Positions 26,368-55,190 of a stretch of 64,000 bases of DNA are shown piece after piece. The notes beneath the pieces were generated by a model that had not been told where the DNA came from, did not search any database, and worked only from the letters and a program-made list of their open reading frames with translations. The DNA comes from Octopus bimaculoides (taxonomy: Eukaryota), in assembly GCF_001194135.2 (NCBI RefSeq), contig NC_068986.1, positions 22,925,833 to 22,989,832 on the forward strand. The letters are read 5' to 3'. Position 1 is the first letter of the stretch, and each line of letters starts with the position of its first letter. Position numbers and translations under genes: made by a program.

Positions 26368-26519
26368 TTCAGCACAAGACCAACAAGTTTGAGAAAACTG
26401 TGATAGAAATCAATCTTGACTATCCAACGAAGTTGCCAATCAGGAATATTCAGGTTCGTGACTATGGCAAAGATGAACAAGACTTCTTTGTGGAATTGGG
26501 ACAAGTCTGCTTTAGCTAA
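683..26519 (+). CDS. Fibrillar collagen alpha chain, 3' part of gene (triple helix, C-telopeptide, COLFI C-propeptide); 5' part lies upstream of the window
   Basis: 25 exons with AG/GT boundaries in continuous frame. Helical exons start on Gly codons and are mostly 54-bp multiples. KGHR cross-link motif, TCKDL / IDPN / QNVTFHC / DGC / VCF COLFI motifs, stop TAA at 26517-26519. Confidence 0.97.
1497..1960 (+). mobile_element. highly decayed RLE-type (R4/NeSL/CRE-like) non-LTR retrotransposon fragment
   Basis: frameshifted motifs in the expected order: DSKCRLCK (Zn knuckle), [15 protein letters not shown]...LQIWYPRY. Confidence 0.45.
2141..2194 (+). CDS. collagen helical exon, 54 bp
   Basis: cag|[18 protein letters not shown]|gtgagt. 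Confidence 0.95.
3071..3286 (+). CDS. collagen helical exon, 216 bp (4x54), contains Gly-to-Pro imperfection
   Basis: tag|GDAGAPGFD...[12 protein letters not shown]...GLPGLP|gtaagt. Confidence 0.95.
3484..3537 (+). CDS. collagen helical exon, 54 bp
   Basis: tag|[18 protein letters not shown]|gtgagt. Confidence 0.95.
3690..3990 (+). mobile_element. SINE (family E), head decayed
   Basis: core tgtgttcttgagcaagacactttatttcac...ctcagctgtagaaa; a homologous copy lies on the minus strand at about 37030-37340. Confidence 0.7.
4693..4746 (+). CDS. collagen helical exon, 54 bp
   Basis: cag|[18 protein letters not shown]|gtaagt. Confidence 0.95.
5589..5750 (+). CDS. collagen helical exon, 162 bp
   Basis: tag|[12 protein letters not shown]...GEIGIK|gtaaat, 18 perfect triplets. 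Confidence 0.95.
6065..6141 (+). CDS. collagen helical exon, truncated by assembly gap
   Basis: cag|[25 protein letters not shown].. runs into the N-run starting at 6142. Confidence 0.9.
7158..7490 (+). mobile_element. SINE family B (ggcggtgagctggcagaa head), diverged
   Basis: matches the copies at 43280-43733, 51000-51172 and 52385-52990; B-box-like gagttcaaatcc. Confidence 0.7.
7553..7660 (+). CDS. collagen helical exon, 108 bp
   Basis: tag|[15 protein letters not shown]...GPLGPH|gtatgt. Confidence 0.95.
9267..9374 (+). CDS. collagen helical exon, 108 bp
   Basis: aag|[12 protein letters not shown]...GEAGQV|gtaagt. Confidence 0.93.
10155..10262 (+). CDS. collagen helical exon, 108 bp
   Basis: tag|GNPGPDGEI...GTVGLP|gtaagt. 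Confidence 0.95.
11148..11201 (+). CDS. collagen helical exon, 54 bp
   Basis: tag|[18 protein letters not shown]|gtatgt. Confidence 0.95.
11743..11796 (+). CDS. collagen helical exon, 54 bp
   Basis: tag|[18 protein letters not shown]|gtaagt. Confidence 0.95.
12597..12650 (+). CDS. collagen helical exon, 54 bp
   Basis: tag|[18 protein letters not shown]|gtaagt. Confidence 0.95.
12809..13059. mobile_element. foldback / MITE-like palindrome with about 100-bp arms
   Basis: 12809-12907 is the reverse complement of 12961-13059 with scattered mismatches. Confidence 0.75.
13630..13864 (+). mobile_element. SINE family A, 3' half downstream of a gap at its internal microsatellite
   Basis: gcttgacaacc...gcggttcggcaaaag...catggccgcagtcaaatga..gaaa.aagtaaaagataaaagata. 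Confidence 0.8.
13996..14049 (+). CDS. collagen helical exon, 54 bp, with KGHR cross-link site
   Basis: tag|[18 protein letters not shown]|gtgagt; equivalent to the Lys930 site GIKGHRGF of type I collagen. Confidence 0.96.
14457..14790. mobile_element. hAT (Charlie/MER5-like) MITE 1 of a stack of three
   Basis: degenerate CAG.GGTTCTCAA TIRs; flanked by gtctatac at 14449-14456 and 14791-14798. Confidence 0.8.
14799..15036. mobile_element. hAT MITE 2 of stack
   Basis: cgatggttctcaacc...ttgagaaacaatg; followed by gtctagac at 15037-15044; same family as 29264-29578. Confidence 0.8.
15045..15291. mobile_element. hAT MITE 3 of stack
   Basis: cagtggttcccaaac...tttgagaactactg; followed by gtctatac at 15292-15299. 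Confidence 0.82.
15410..15463 (+). CDS. collagen helical exon, 54 bp
   Basis: tag|[18 protein letters not shown]|gtaagt. Confidence 0.95.
16404..16475 (+). CDS. collagen helical exon, 72 bp
   Basis: tag|[24 protein letters not shown]|gtaagt. Confidence 0.94.
17078..17113 (+). CDS. collagen helical exon, 36 bp
   Basis: cag|[12 protein letters not shown]|gtgagt. Confidence 0.93.
17180..17557 (+). mobile_element. tRNA-derived SINE family C, full length
   Basis: A box tggcccagtg, B box ggtttcgattccc; 13-bp TSD attgtta(g/a)tcatg at 17167-17179 and 17558-17570. Confidence 0.92.
18102..18620 (+). mobile_element. 5'-truncated RLE-type non-LTR retrotransposon (R4/Dong-like) in a (TAA/TGA)n tract
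   Basis: RPDIVVKD...LIDVSIP..DN...EKLSKYKDL...IPIILGALG...[12 protein letters not shown], one in-frame stop; aat repeats on both flanks. Confidence 0.85.
18714..18749 (+). CDS. collagen helical exon, 36 bp
   Basis: tag|[12 protein letters not shown]|gtaagt. Confidence 0.93.
20337..20414 (+). CDS. collagen helix end and C-telopeptide exon, 78 bp
   Basis: tag|[26 protein letters not shown]|gtaagt; telopeptide Lys in TKGP. Confidence 0.93.
20420..20498. repeat. (TCT)n microsatellite directly after the telopeptide-exon donor
   Basis: pure tct run. Confidence 0.95.
21058..21078 (+). CDS. collagen 21-nt microexon (QDQNQEH)
   Basis: strong pyrimidine tract ...cttctcttatcttttctag|CAAGATCAAAACCAGGAACAC|gtgagt; phase 0 on both sides. 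Confidence 0.75.
21851..22062 (+). mobile_element. SINE family A, 3' half after gap
   Basis: tgtcccccaccatcgcttgacaaccgatg...ggcggtgctccagcatggccgc...gaaacaaataaagaata. Confidence 0.82.
22230..22362 (+). CDS. collagen C-propeptide exon 1
   Basis: cag|[44 protein letters not shown]-g|gtaagt, phase 1. Confidence 0.94.
22792..23011 (+). mobile_element. SINE family A, internally deleted
   Basis: head ggcgtggctgtgtggtaagaagcttgctt joined to the 3' module; internal microsatellite absent. Confidence 0.8.
23218..23321 (+). CDS. collagen C-propeptide exon 2
   Basis: cag|(D)[34 protein letters not shown]|gtaatg. Confidence 0.94.
23856..23921 (+). CDS. collagen C-propeptide exon 3
   Basis: cag|[22 protein letters not shown]|gtaagt; fills the expected length between Cys5 and the F-x-Y motif. 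Confidence 0.82.
24022..24371. repeat. diverged tandem duplication, period 175 bp, two units
   Basis: agctttacggaatcc at 24057 and 24232; ggagaattgaaagattcagttt in both units. Confidence 0.88.
25358..25573 (+). CDS. collagen C-propeptide exon 4
   Basis: cag|[30 protein letters not shown]...SVISDGCQ|gtaatt; conserved N-glycan sequon NVT. Confidence 0.95.
25728..26037 (-). mobile_element. SINE family D (different head, same 3' tail as family C)
   Basis: tRNA-like head, gtgtccttgagcaagac core, tail ...gttccgttgatcgg...ggaaccctc. Confidence 0.8.
26279..26367. repeat. (ATT)n/(GTT)n microsatellite abutting the last collagen acceptor
   Basis: att run continues to ...attattttcag. Confidence 0.95.
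26373..26519 (+). CDS. collagen terminal coding exon
   Basis: cag|[48 protein letters not shown]. Confidence 0.95.
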   Translation, partial: HKTNKFEKTVIEINLDYPTKLPIRNIQVRDYGKDEQDFFVELGQVCFS

Positions 26520-26918
26520 ATTGTCAGGGAATTTTATTTTAATATTTGACTAACTACATCTACGTCTGATGTCAAATCCACATTGATAACACCAAAAGTG
26601 GATCTCATATCCTGTCAATTCTGGATAAAAAATATTAATGTTAAACCTGGAAGCAGAGTCAACTCTTCACACCTTTTTACGCTCATAAACAGTTCGCCAT
26701 CTTTTCGCGTGCACCTGACACCGAACAGTTGTTGAAATTCTGGGGTATCTGCGTCTAATACACGCTTACCCTAAGTTCCCTTAGAGCGTCTTCTGATTTC
26801 GCAATGGTGCAAATGTAAATAAGAAAGCAATGAGTTGATTCTGGTTTCATAACATTGCTGAAATGTTAAGTTCCATCTTGCCCACGTCGGACATTTGCTG
26901 AGACAAAAAAAGAAAGAA

Positions 26919-26924
26919 AATAAA
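26919..26924 (+). terminator. candidate polyadenylation signal of the collagen gene
   Basis: AATAAA about 400 nt after the stop, followed by a GT/T-rich tract; not unique, untested. Confidence 0.35.
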
Positions 26925-27082
26925 ATTTGGAATTTTAGAAAAAAACAAATGTCTTGGTCTTATTTTATTTCACTGAATTCTGTGACTTGCGTTGGTTTCT
27001 TTAATACTGAATATTATCTTGTAAAATTTGATTTATAACATCCGACACATACAGTGCACCTAAGCACTGCTTGCAAGTTCGT

Positions 27083-27435
27083 TATTGTTACCTCCGCCTT
27101 ACCGAAGGCGGAGGTATTGTTTTCAGTCGTGTTTTGTTTGTTTGTCCATGGACAAGATATCTCAAGAACTGCTGGATGGATTCGAATAAAACTTCCAGGA
27201 ATGTTTGGCCTTGTGACTAGCAAGAACCGATTAGATTTTGGGATCAATCTGGTACCGGACAATGATTCTGGATTATTTTCCTATGTTTTTTTTTCGTTTT
27301 TTTTTTTTTACTTAATTTTTGGGAGCGGTCGGGTTCATTTTTAGTATTCTAGTTTTAAAAAATCATCTCTAGCTAATCGTTGAGAGGCTGTTGGTGTTGC
27401 CTTGGCGGAGGTTTGTGCTCTCTGAGTACACTTAT
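27083..27435 (+). mobile_element. non-autonomous Helentron-like (HINE/DINE-1 type) element
   Basis: 5' hairpin acctccgcctt-accg-aaggcggaggt (27090-27115), internal (tttg)n, 3' subterminal ggcggaggt (27404-27412) and short 3' stem gtgctc-tct-gagtac. Confidence 0.62.
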
Positions 27436-27602
27436 TATTATATTCACTTATACGTGCTCGTTACATAAAATCACACACACATACACACACTCAATGATGA
27501 TTGAAACTTATGGCATAACATCACCTGCAAGTTGTTGAAACAATTTTAAACTATGGAATAAACATACTATTAACTTCAATCTTTACTTATTATATACATA
27601 CA

Positions 27603-27638
<36 letters not shown>

Positions 27639-27924
27639 TANNNNNNNNNNNNNNNNNNNNNNNNNNNNNNNNNNNNNNNNNNNNNNNNNNNNNNNNNNNN
27701 NNNNNNNNNNNNNNNNNNNNNNNNNNNNNNNNNNNNNNNNNNNNNNNNNNNNNNNNNNNNNNNNNNNNNNNNNNNNNNNNNNNNNNNNNNNNNNNNNNNN
27801 NNNNNNNNNNNNNNNNNNNNNNNNNNNNNNNNNNNNNNNNNNNNNNNNNNNNNNNNNNNNNNNNNNNNNNNNNNNNNNNNNNNNNNNNNNNNNNNNNNNN
27901 NNNNNNNNNNNNNNNNNNNNNNNN

Positions 27925-27988
<64 letters not shown>

Positions 27989-28089
27989 AGTATATCTATG
28001 TGAATGTGCACAGTTAGAGAGAGAGAGACCAGAAAAGGATTCCTTTTGCTGTTGGTGTTGCAAATTTAGATAAGAAACTTGAATGGTAA

Positions 28090-28560
28090 GTCATTGCTCT
28101 TTCGTGTCATTGTAAACTGCAGGTGCTGGTACAACCACGACCACAGATAATACAGAATATTTTTGGTAGTGTTGGTATAGTGGATCTTACTCTAGATTTT
28201 TTTTTTCTTTTCTGCTTGCTGTTTCTTCCAATTGGACAAATTTTACTTCTTTCTTTAATTGATCAGCGTCAGTCGCTGTCTTCTCCCATGCAATCTCAGG
28301 TGACATCTTTAGATCGGAGTTTCAAGCGCCAACTTGAACAGCTTTCCTATATCAGCTCTTTGCAGATAACAGCCTTCAGGATCATAATGCCCTTCATGCT
28401 ATTTTACACGTTCCACGCATCCAAACTGGCATTTCAGGAGAATAGATTCAACACTTAGCATAGAGCTATATTCACCAGGAACCAGCTCTTGGATGCACGT
28501 GATCCACCAGTAACATTGGCTTCGATAAAATAAATATTGTTGCTTTTTCACAGCGTCTGG
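28090..28560 (-). mobile_element. decayed RTE-clade LINE 3' fragment
   Basis: minus translation ...EIAWEKTATD..., then FCIICGRGCTSTCSLQ*HER (terminal C2H2-like motif), with many disablements. Confidence 0.5.
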
Positions 28561-29263
28561 CATCAGAACTTGAAAGGTGAATTAATTTCGTATGGCTTCA
28601 GTTCATTTCTTGTTCATTATACCGAAGTTTCCTATCAGTCATACCGATCAACTGCAGAGTGTGCTGATGGATCTCTTCACTTCCAAGTGCTTATCAGCTC
28701 CTGTGTAACTGAAAGTTTTACGCATTTCACAGTTTCTCTTCGATAAATTAACCACCGTCCTGCTGCTGCCTTTAACCACAGGTACACACTACACATACAC
28801 AAAGTGAGAGAGAGAGAGAGAGAGAGGGAGAGAGAAAGCGAGAAAGAGAGAGATAGAGAGAGAGAAGTGGGGATTTGAGATGTACCCATCTATTCCTCTT
28901 TAACATTCTGCACATAGGCTTCATCCATATTGCAACCCAGACAGCTTACAGCTGGTGTTAGGCTTGCTTTGTTTCTATGCTCTGCACTGAATCTTAGAAA
29001 ACATCTTTCAACGTGTCTATGAGAACATAATCTCCTTCAAAATCTCCATGCTTTTTTAGAAATATGTTTTGGACAATGCAAAGACCCAAAAATCTCTGAA
29101 ACGATGTCTGATAAATCACTCAGATCGAACTTGGATATATTAAATAACACTCTCAAAGCTACATACCGAAATCTGGGATTTTCTTTCTTTTTGACCCACT
29201 TAAAAATATTGCTCACCTGGCATGTGCTACATCTCAGAATTAATCCTAAATGACTATCTACAT

Positions 29264-29429
29264 CAGTGGTTCTCAACCAGAGTCCATATGCCCCTTGGCG
29301 GAGGGTCTATATAAGGATTTGTTGTTAAAATTTAAGTGCAATAAATTGCTTATACTTTTTATAATACAGAAAATACTTTAACAATTTTCTATGCAATTCC
29401 TAATAATATTTAATTATAAAAATACTGTA

Positions 29430-29494
<65 letters not shown>

Positions 29495-29578
29495 TATATT
29501 TCGAATAACTATGAGGGTCCACTCGAGTAAAATAAGGATCAAAGGGCTCCATAGGCAAAAGATGGTTGAGAACCACTG
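29264..29578. mobile_element. hAT MITE with internal TA microsatellite
   Basis: TIR cagtggttctcaacc / ggttgagaaccactg; 8-bp TSD atctacat / atctaaat. Confidence 0.9.
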
Positions 29579-29964
29579 ATCTAAATGATTGGCAAAGACT
29601 CTGTCGCCAACACGCTTATAGTACTTGCTCACAGATGCATTGTTTCTCCTCTCTTTCCCTTCCACTGATCGTGCAACGATTTCTGTTACTCTGACATAGA
29701 ATGTGCTCAACCAAATTATTCACAACACTTGTACATTACCAACTCTCACCATCCATACACCCTCAAACAACAAGTTTCCCTTAATATTTTTGGCAACAGC
29801 TCCTCATCAATTTTCTGCATTTTACTTTTCGTTCAAGGTTATTGCATCAAACATCGATTTACATACATTTATACTAAATTTGAAACGCATCAGTCCCACA
29901 GTGCTACGCATAACGTAACTTTTCTCCGTTTTATTAAATATTAAAATATGCTTATGTTTGATGT

Positions 29965-30075
29965 TTTAGTATGTGGTTGAGTGGTAAAAGGTTAGCTTCC
30001 CAACCACATGGTTTCAAGCTAAGTTCCACGACGTGGCACCTTGGGCAAAAGTTTTCTATTATAACCTCGGACCTG
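29965..30075 (+). mobile_element. SINE family A, 5' fragment
   Basis: gtggtaaaaggttagcttcccaaccacatggtt...ggcaccttgggcaa. Confidence 0.65.
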
Positions 30076-30991
30076 CATGCTAACGATTCTGGTAGCTCGT
30101 CGCCTTTCCCAGGTTACATAATATTAAAGAACGTATACTACATAGGTTATACTAGTGGCACATTTGCAACGAATGACATTTCAGACCAGTATATTTTAGT
30201 TTATATTATTGTGAAAAGCATGAACATTGTTAGTGTGTTTCTTGTGTTTGTTACCCAGTGGACAGTTCTCAAAAAGGTACATGGTCCAACCAAGATTTAA
30301 ATAATAACTCAAATTGCTGAAGAAGGTAGTGAGCTCGTTCTAGAGGATTAACGATATCTAATTTAGTGGTTCATGCCTTAGTTAGGACGACTTCGTGTCT
30401 TTCATTATTCCGTGATAAAGTTAGTATAGATCATATGGTGAGTTCTAAACTACTTACAGTGGCTTTGAATGCTTTTTATTCTATATCGATATGGACAACA
30501 ACTATAACAATGTTAACTGATGCAGTAATTGGAATTCAGGAGAATTCATGTCTAGATTGGGAAGAAAGCCGAATAAACAAATAGGAATATGTAACCACAA
30601 AATTATTTCGTCACGAGTGAAGTAACAACACCCTTAATATTTGCGATTTTTGTGTGAGGAAACTCAGTCGTTCGGTTGTGCTGAGCTTCAACTTCTATAT
30701 AGTTGATACCTACAGGTAGAGAGTTCCAGAGAGTTACGGGCTGAGATACAAAGCTTACAGCCACTGCAAGGTGCTCGCGATTTGTCATATGATCTGTATT
30801 GACTTTCTTATTATGAGAGCAACCAGCTGTAATACGATGCCCCAATATATGTATTCGTTCAACCCACGATAGCAATAGAGGAGAAAAGGACGTAAAACAA
30901 ACGAACGAATTGCCATGAGACATTACCAGACATTGCAAGGTGTAACAATTAATGAATTTGAAAGGTCTTAATTATGTGCTGTTTATGATTA

Positions 30992-33276
30992 CACTGGACA
31001 ACAAAGATTTTGCTATTGTGGTTAAGGCTTAATCGAGGATGCTGATTCTGAATCTGCACTCAAAATTGTTCTAGCACGTTAGGATTTTGAGTTATGTGCA
31101 TGCGCTAGATTATAACTATACTTTCGGTTAGATATAGGCCGTGTTATAAAATCTGCATAAGTGAAAGCGGTCTTAATTCAAAATTAAAGAAATAACATTA
31201 ATAAAACAAACGATGAGAAAGTTCATGATTTAGTTTAGCAATAGATGGCGCTGACGTATTGTGTGCAGTGCCAAATACGTCAGTTTGTTCTTGGTAACTC
31301 TCAGTGTCGTTTGCGCTGCCGTCACGTGTGGTATTTGTATCTCTCGCTCTGCGTGATTACTGTTTTAACTGTGTTCATTGTGTTAGATCATGAATAGAAG
31401 CTGTGTGAATCATCCAGACAACTTTTGTTATGTCTGTGGAAACTTTGCTCCACGTGACCAGCGAAGGAACATTGCCACCAAATTAAAAATTGCTTATAAA
31501 TATTCTTTCAGGTGTAAAGATGGGGACCAAGACAAGAGGTCACCACCTCATACATGCTGCACCGTGTGTTACTCAGGACTTACACAGTGGTTGAATGGAA
31601 AACGGAAGGGAATGCCTTTTGTTGTACCAATAGTATGGCGTGAGCCAACCAATCATGTCTCTGATTTTGCATGACTAATATTAGTGGTTTCTCAAAGAAG
31701 ACCAAAGCAAAAATTGTGCATGCAAATCGTAAGTCGGCTCTAAAACCAGTCTCGCATGACTTCGAGAACTCTGTCCCAGTTCCCCTCTCACATGCTTCAC
31801 TGACTCTCCTATCGACGAAGAGTACGTAGGTGATTCTGAGAAAATTGAGCCAGGCTAGTTTAATCAAGAAGATTTGAACGATTTAGTAAGAGACCTAGCA
31901 TTGTCAAAGGAGAGGGCAGAAGTTTTGGGATCCAAATTACAAGATTTGAAAATTTTCATTTTCCACTCTCACCATGAAGGCTTATCTGTCTTTTCCAAGC
32001 AAGGAAATAATGCTTGTTTCTGTGCTGATGTTAATGCACTCATGCAAAAACTAGGACACATGCATGTGGCTAACAAATGGAGATTGTTTATAGACTCGAG
32101 TAAGGTTAGCCTCAAAACTGTGTTGTCACATAATGGTAATGAAAAACCTTCCATTCCTGTGGGTCATGTTGTCGGTATGGAACTCTTTCTGAAAGGAGTT
32201 AATTACTCAGCTCACAAGTGGAATATTTGTGGTGATTTAAAGGTGATTTTCTTCCTCGTAGGACTGCAGCTGGGATGCACCAAAAATATATGCTTCTTGT
32301 GTGTTTGGAACAGCCGTGACGACAGCAATCATTACACTGTAAAAGACTGGCCTAAAAGAGATGAACGCATAGTTGGTCGGTACGATGTGCAGGATATGCC
32401 ACTGGTAGACCCGTAAAACATCTTCCTTCCACCTCTTCACATCAAACTCAACCTCATGAAAAACTTTGTAAAAGCAATGACACACGATGTCTGTGGCTTC
32501 CAGTATCTAAAAGTAAACTATGGTGCAAAGAAAAGTGACGCAAAACTGAAAGCAAGCATTTTCCTTGGACCCGAGATCAGAGAATTGATATCCGATAGCA
32601 AATTCAGAGGTAAACTGAATCCAGTTGAGCTGACGGCATGGGATTCATTTGTTTTAGTTGTACAGAACTTTCTTGGAAATCATAGAGCTGAAAATTATGC
32701 TGATTTAATAAACAACATGCTAACAGCATATGAAAGAATGGGATGCCAAATGTCCCTTAAAATGCACTTCTTGCATTCTCATCTCGAATGTTGGTGCCCT
32801 TAGTGATGAGCATGGTGAGAGGTTCCACCAGGACATATCTGAGATAGAAACGAGGTATCAAGGCCGGTTCAATCTACACATAATGAGTGACTTCTGCTGG
32901 CTCCAACAACAAGAGACCAACACGACACATAAGCACAAGAGCAAGCGTCTCAAACATTTCTGAGCTGAGCATATCAAAAATAAAGTGAGTATTCCCTTAA
33001 CATAAATATACTATGTACTATCATATTATAATACTATTTGCCTTGAACATAAATTTACTATATACAGTACTAATATACTATTATAATAATATTTACCTTG
33101 AATTTAACTATTCGTAATTCTAATATAGTATTAATATATAATTATGCACATAACTCAAAATCCTGACATGCTACAGCAATTTTGAGTTCAGATTCAGAAT
33201 CAGTGAACTTGATTTAGTTTAGTACAACACCATTTGTCTGGGTTGCAGACAATAAATCTAGTTTTGTTACTCAGTG
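30992..33276 (+). mobile_element. Chapaev3-like (CMC superfamily) DNA transposon, 2285 bp
   Basis: CACTG...CAGTG termini, long imperfect subterminal inverted repeats (about 31050-31102 versus 33144-33203), 3-bp TSD TTA at 30989-30991 and 33277-33279. Confidence 0.82.
31390..32963 (+). pseudogene. disrupted Chapaev3-like transposase
   Basis: FCYVCG...GDQDK...CCTVC...WREPTNH zinc domain; FIDSSK, CGDLKV, LPPLHIKL, SDEHGERFHQD motifs; at least two frameshifts and an in-frame TAA at 32414-32416. Confidence 0.88.
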
Positions 33277-34540
33277 TTATAAAGACTGTAGGATAAATTA
33301 ATTTTCTTAGTATACGTAGCAATTGTATTTCTGTGCTGTTGACAGAGACTAGGGCTTCCAAGAGAAATTTGGTGAGGTGGAATAAGAATGCTTTTGGTTA
33401 GGATTCTCTCAAAATTTTAAGCTTTCCTTTTTTTTTAAGGAAGGGCTCAGCAGATGCTCAAGGCCCTTCCTTGATGTTCAAGGCCCTGGACCTATGTACC
33501 AGCTAAACTCCAAACACTTATAGATCTTGACAGAGACTAGGTTGTCATTCCCATCACATTAAGTACAAAGTTCTCAGATAAGAAACATAAATACACCAAC
33601 ACAAAAAGCAAAAATAAATATACAAAAGAACAAGTATAGAAAAAAACTTTTATTTGATTTTCATTCAACAAACAGTAAAAAATATTATTACATCAAGTTT
33701 CATGAATTGAATGCTTTAAAATACTGGAAAGCTATAAATAGCTTTGAAAACTAATTTAAATTAATGTCTATGATTTTAAATTCAAATAACATTATTAACT
33801 CCTAGTTTTAAAGAGATGTGTATCAACAAACATAAGAGTATATACGTACAGAAACTTACATAAATGGTGAACATATAATTATGAACAGTTTTCCACATAA
33901 AATTATACAATGTATACATTTCTTTATTTTATGCATTCATATATACAGACATATATGGTAATGATGAACACCAGTGAATATTGGTGTCTTCTCTGTTGGT
34001 GGTGAAATGGCTGATACAGGTGATTTCTTGTGAAATTTAGCTGATTAGAAAAACTAGGCCAGCTGGTGGCACTCACCGGTTCCTCTGAGTTACTTATAAG
34101 CAGGAGAACACTGACGGTATGAGTGTCAACTCTTGCATGAACCTCTTTCAGATGTTATATATCTTGCTTGATGAGTGGAAATTGGTTTATAAGGATGACT
34201 ATCTATATATACATACATTAAAAATGTCTGTGCAAACAGACACATGCCCACATATATAATTTATACTTTCATTTTAGAAGTTTTGTTTCATACTGGCATA
34301 TGTATATACATACATATGCAGACAGACACACACATATATAAATATATTTATTTATATATATGTTAATATATATATACACACATACATAAATATAATATAT
34401 AAATATGTAAACACACACACACACACACATACATGTATGTAATATATACATACACACATGCTCATATATATATATATTTATATATATATATATATATATA
34501 TATANNNNNNNNNNNNNNNNNNNNNNNNNNNNNNNNNNNN

Positions 34541-34602
<62 letters not shown>

Positions 34603-35389
34603 TGTATACATACACACACATATAAAGATGCACATAAATATGCATATATAAAAATATCATTATAAAAGTAAAACCTGCTTTTACTTTAAGCAGGTATATG
34701 CGTCTGTTTTGAAGTAGATTGAAGTATGGCTTTGATAAAGATAATGTCAGATACACACACACACACACAAACACATACACACACACTCACAAACGCATAA
34801 TCCAATGTAAGGGAATTATTAGAGTGGTAGACAAAAATACCTTCTGGTATTTGGTTAAGACTTCACCAGGTGGTGCTATTAAGTTAGATATGGTCTGGTC
34901 CTATAATGGCCGAAACCTATCTAAATTATCTATGTCCCATTATGTTTTCAGTACAAATTCTGCCAAAGCTCAACATTTCCTTTCCTCTTTGTGAGGTCAA
35001 TAAAAAAAAGGACTAGACAAAGAATTGAGACTGACAAAGAACTGGGATTGTATGAAGCTTCTTTGGTGGTAATTCCCCAGCATTGTTGGACTGCAAGTCC
35101 AACTGCCAAAACCAGTAAGCTAAACACATGTATATAGATTTTTATATTAGATGAACAAAACTATTTTAGATGAATATATACTAAGCTATGCACCCATGCA
35201 TGTCAAACAAATCCTGCATCCCATACACACAAATGATCAACTTAATTGGTTTAATATCATTATAACTTAATGATGTTGTCTGTATAAACAGATAGAATTT
35301 TTTTGTTATTACAAACCACAGCAGAAAAAAGTTCATAAGGGTTTCACTGAATGAGAAGAAATTTTCATGTCCAAAGAATATTTAATGAT

Positions 35390-54508
<19,119 letters not shown>

Positions 54509-54967
54509 TGTTATTGCTGTAAATGAAAAACAAAATAGATAACTAGAAATTAAAATTCAAGTAATATTTTAACACCATTCAAGGGTGTACATTCAATATA
54601 TACACATATATAAACTGCAAACCTTCCAAAAGTCAGAGAACATTGATCAGTAATTCATACTTCATTTTATATAACTTACAATATATTAGTAGTAGTAGCA
54701 CTGCTATTGTACTGTTGGCAGATTAAGTACTTGTGGTTACTGTTACTTTTAAGTAATGTAGCAGCAGTCACAATACCAGAAGCTGGTAAGCATAAAAAAA
54801 AGGTAAACAGTAGCATGTGTTAGTAGCAGGATAGTGACAAGCCTAAAGATACTAATTTTCAAAAGCAGTATATATATATATATATACACCAAAGCTCTGT
54901 TGATAATTTGGTGTTACAGCTAGATTCTCTAAAAAGCTTCAACTCATATATACTGTAATTGATTGAT

Positions 54968-55190
54968 ATCATCATCATCATCGTTTAACGTCCGCTTTCC
55001 ATGCTAGCATGGGTTGGACGATTTGACTGAGGACTGGTGAAACCGGATGGCAACACCAGGCTCCAATTTGATTTGGCAGAGTTTCTACAGCTGGATGCCC
55101 TTTCTAACGCCAACCACTCAGAGTGTAGTGGATGCTTTTATGTGTCACCCGCACGAAGGCCAGTCAGGCGGTACTGGCAACGGCCACGAT
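54968..55190 (-). mobile_element. SINE family F
   Basis: reverse complement of 51688-51912. Confidence 0.85.

Noticed and set aside
30603-30938. ORF containing VTLWNSLP, reminiscent of a CR1/L2 LINE end
   Set aside because: Only one short motif matches; too weak to call without a profile search.
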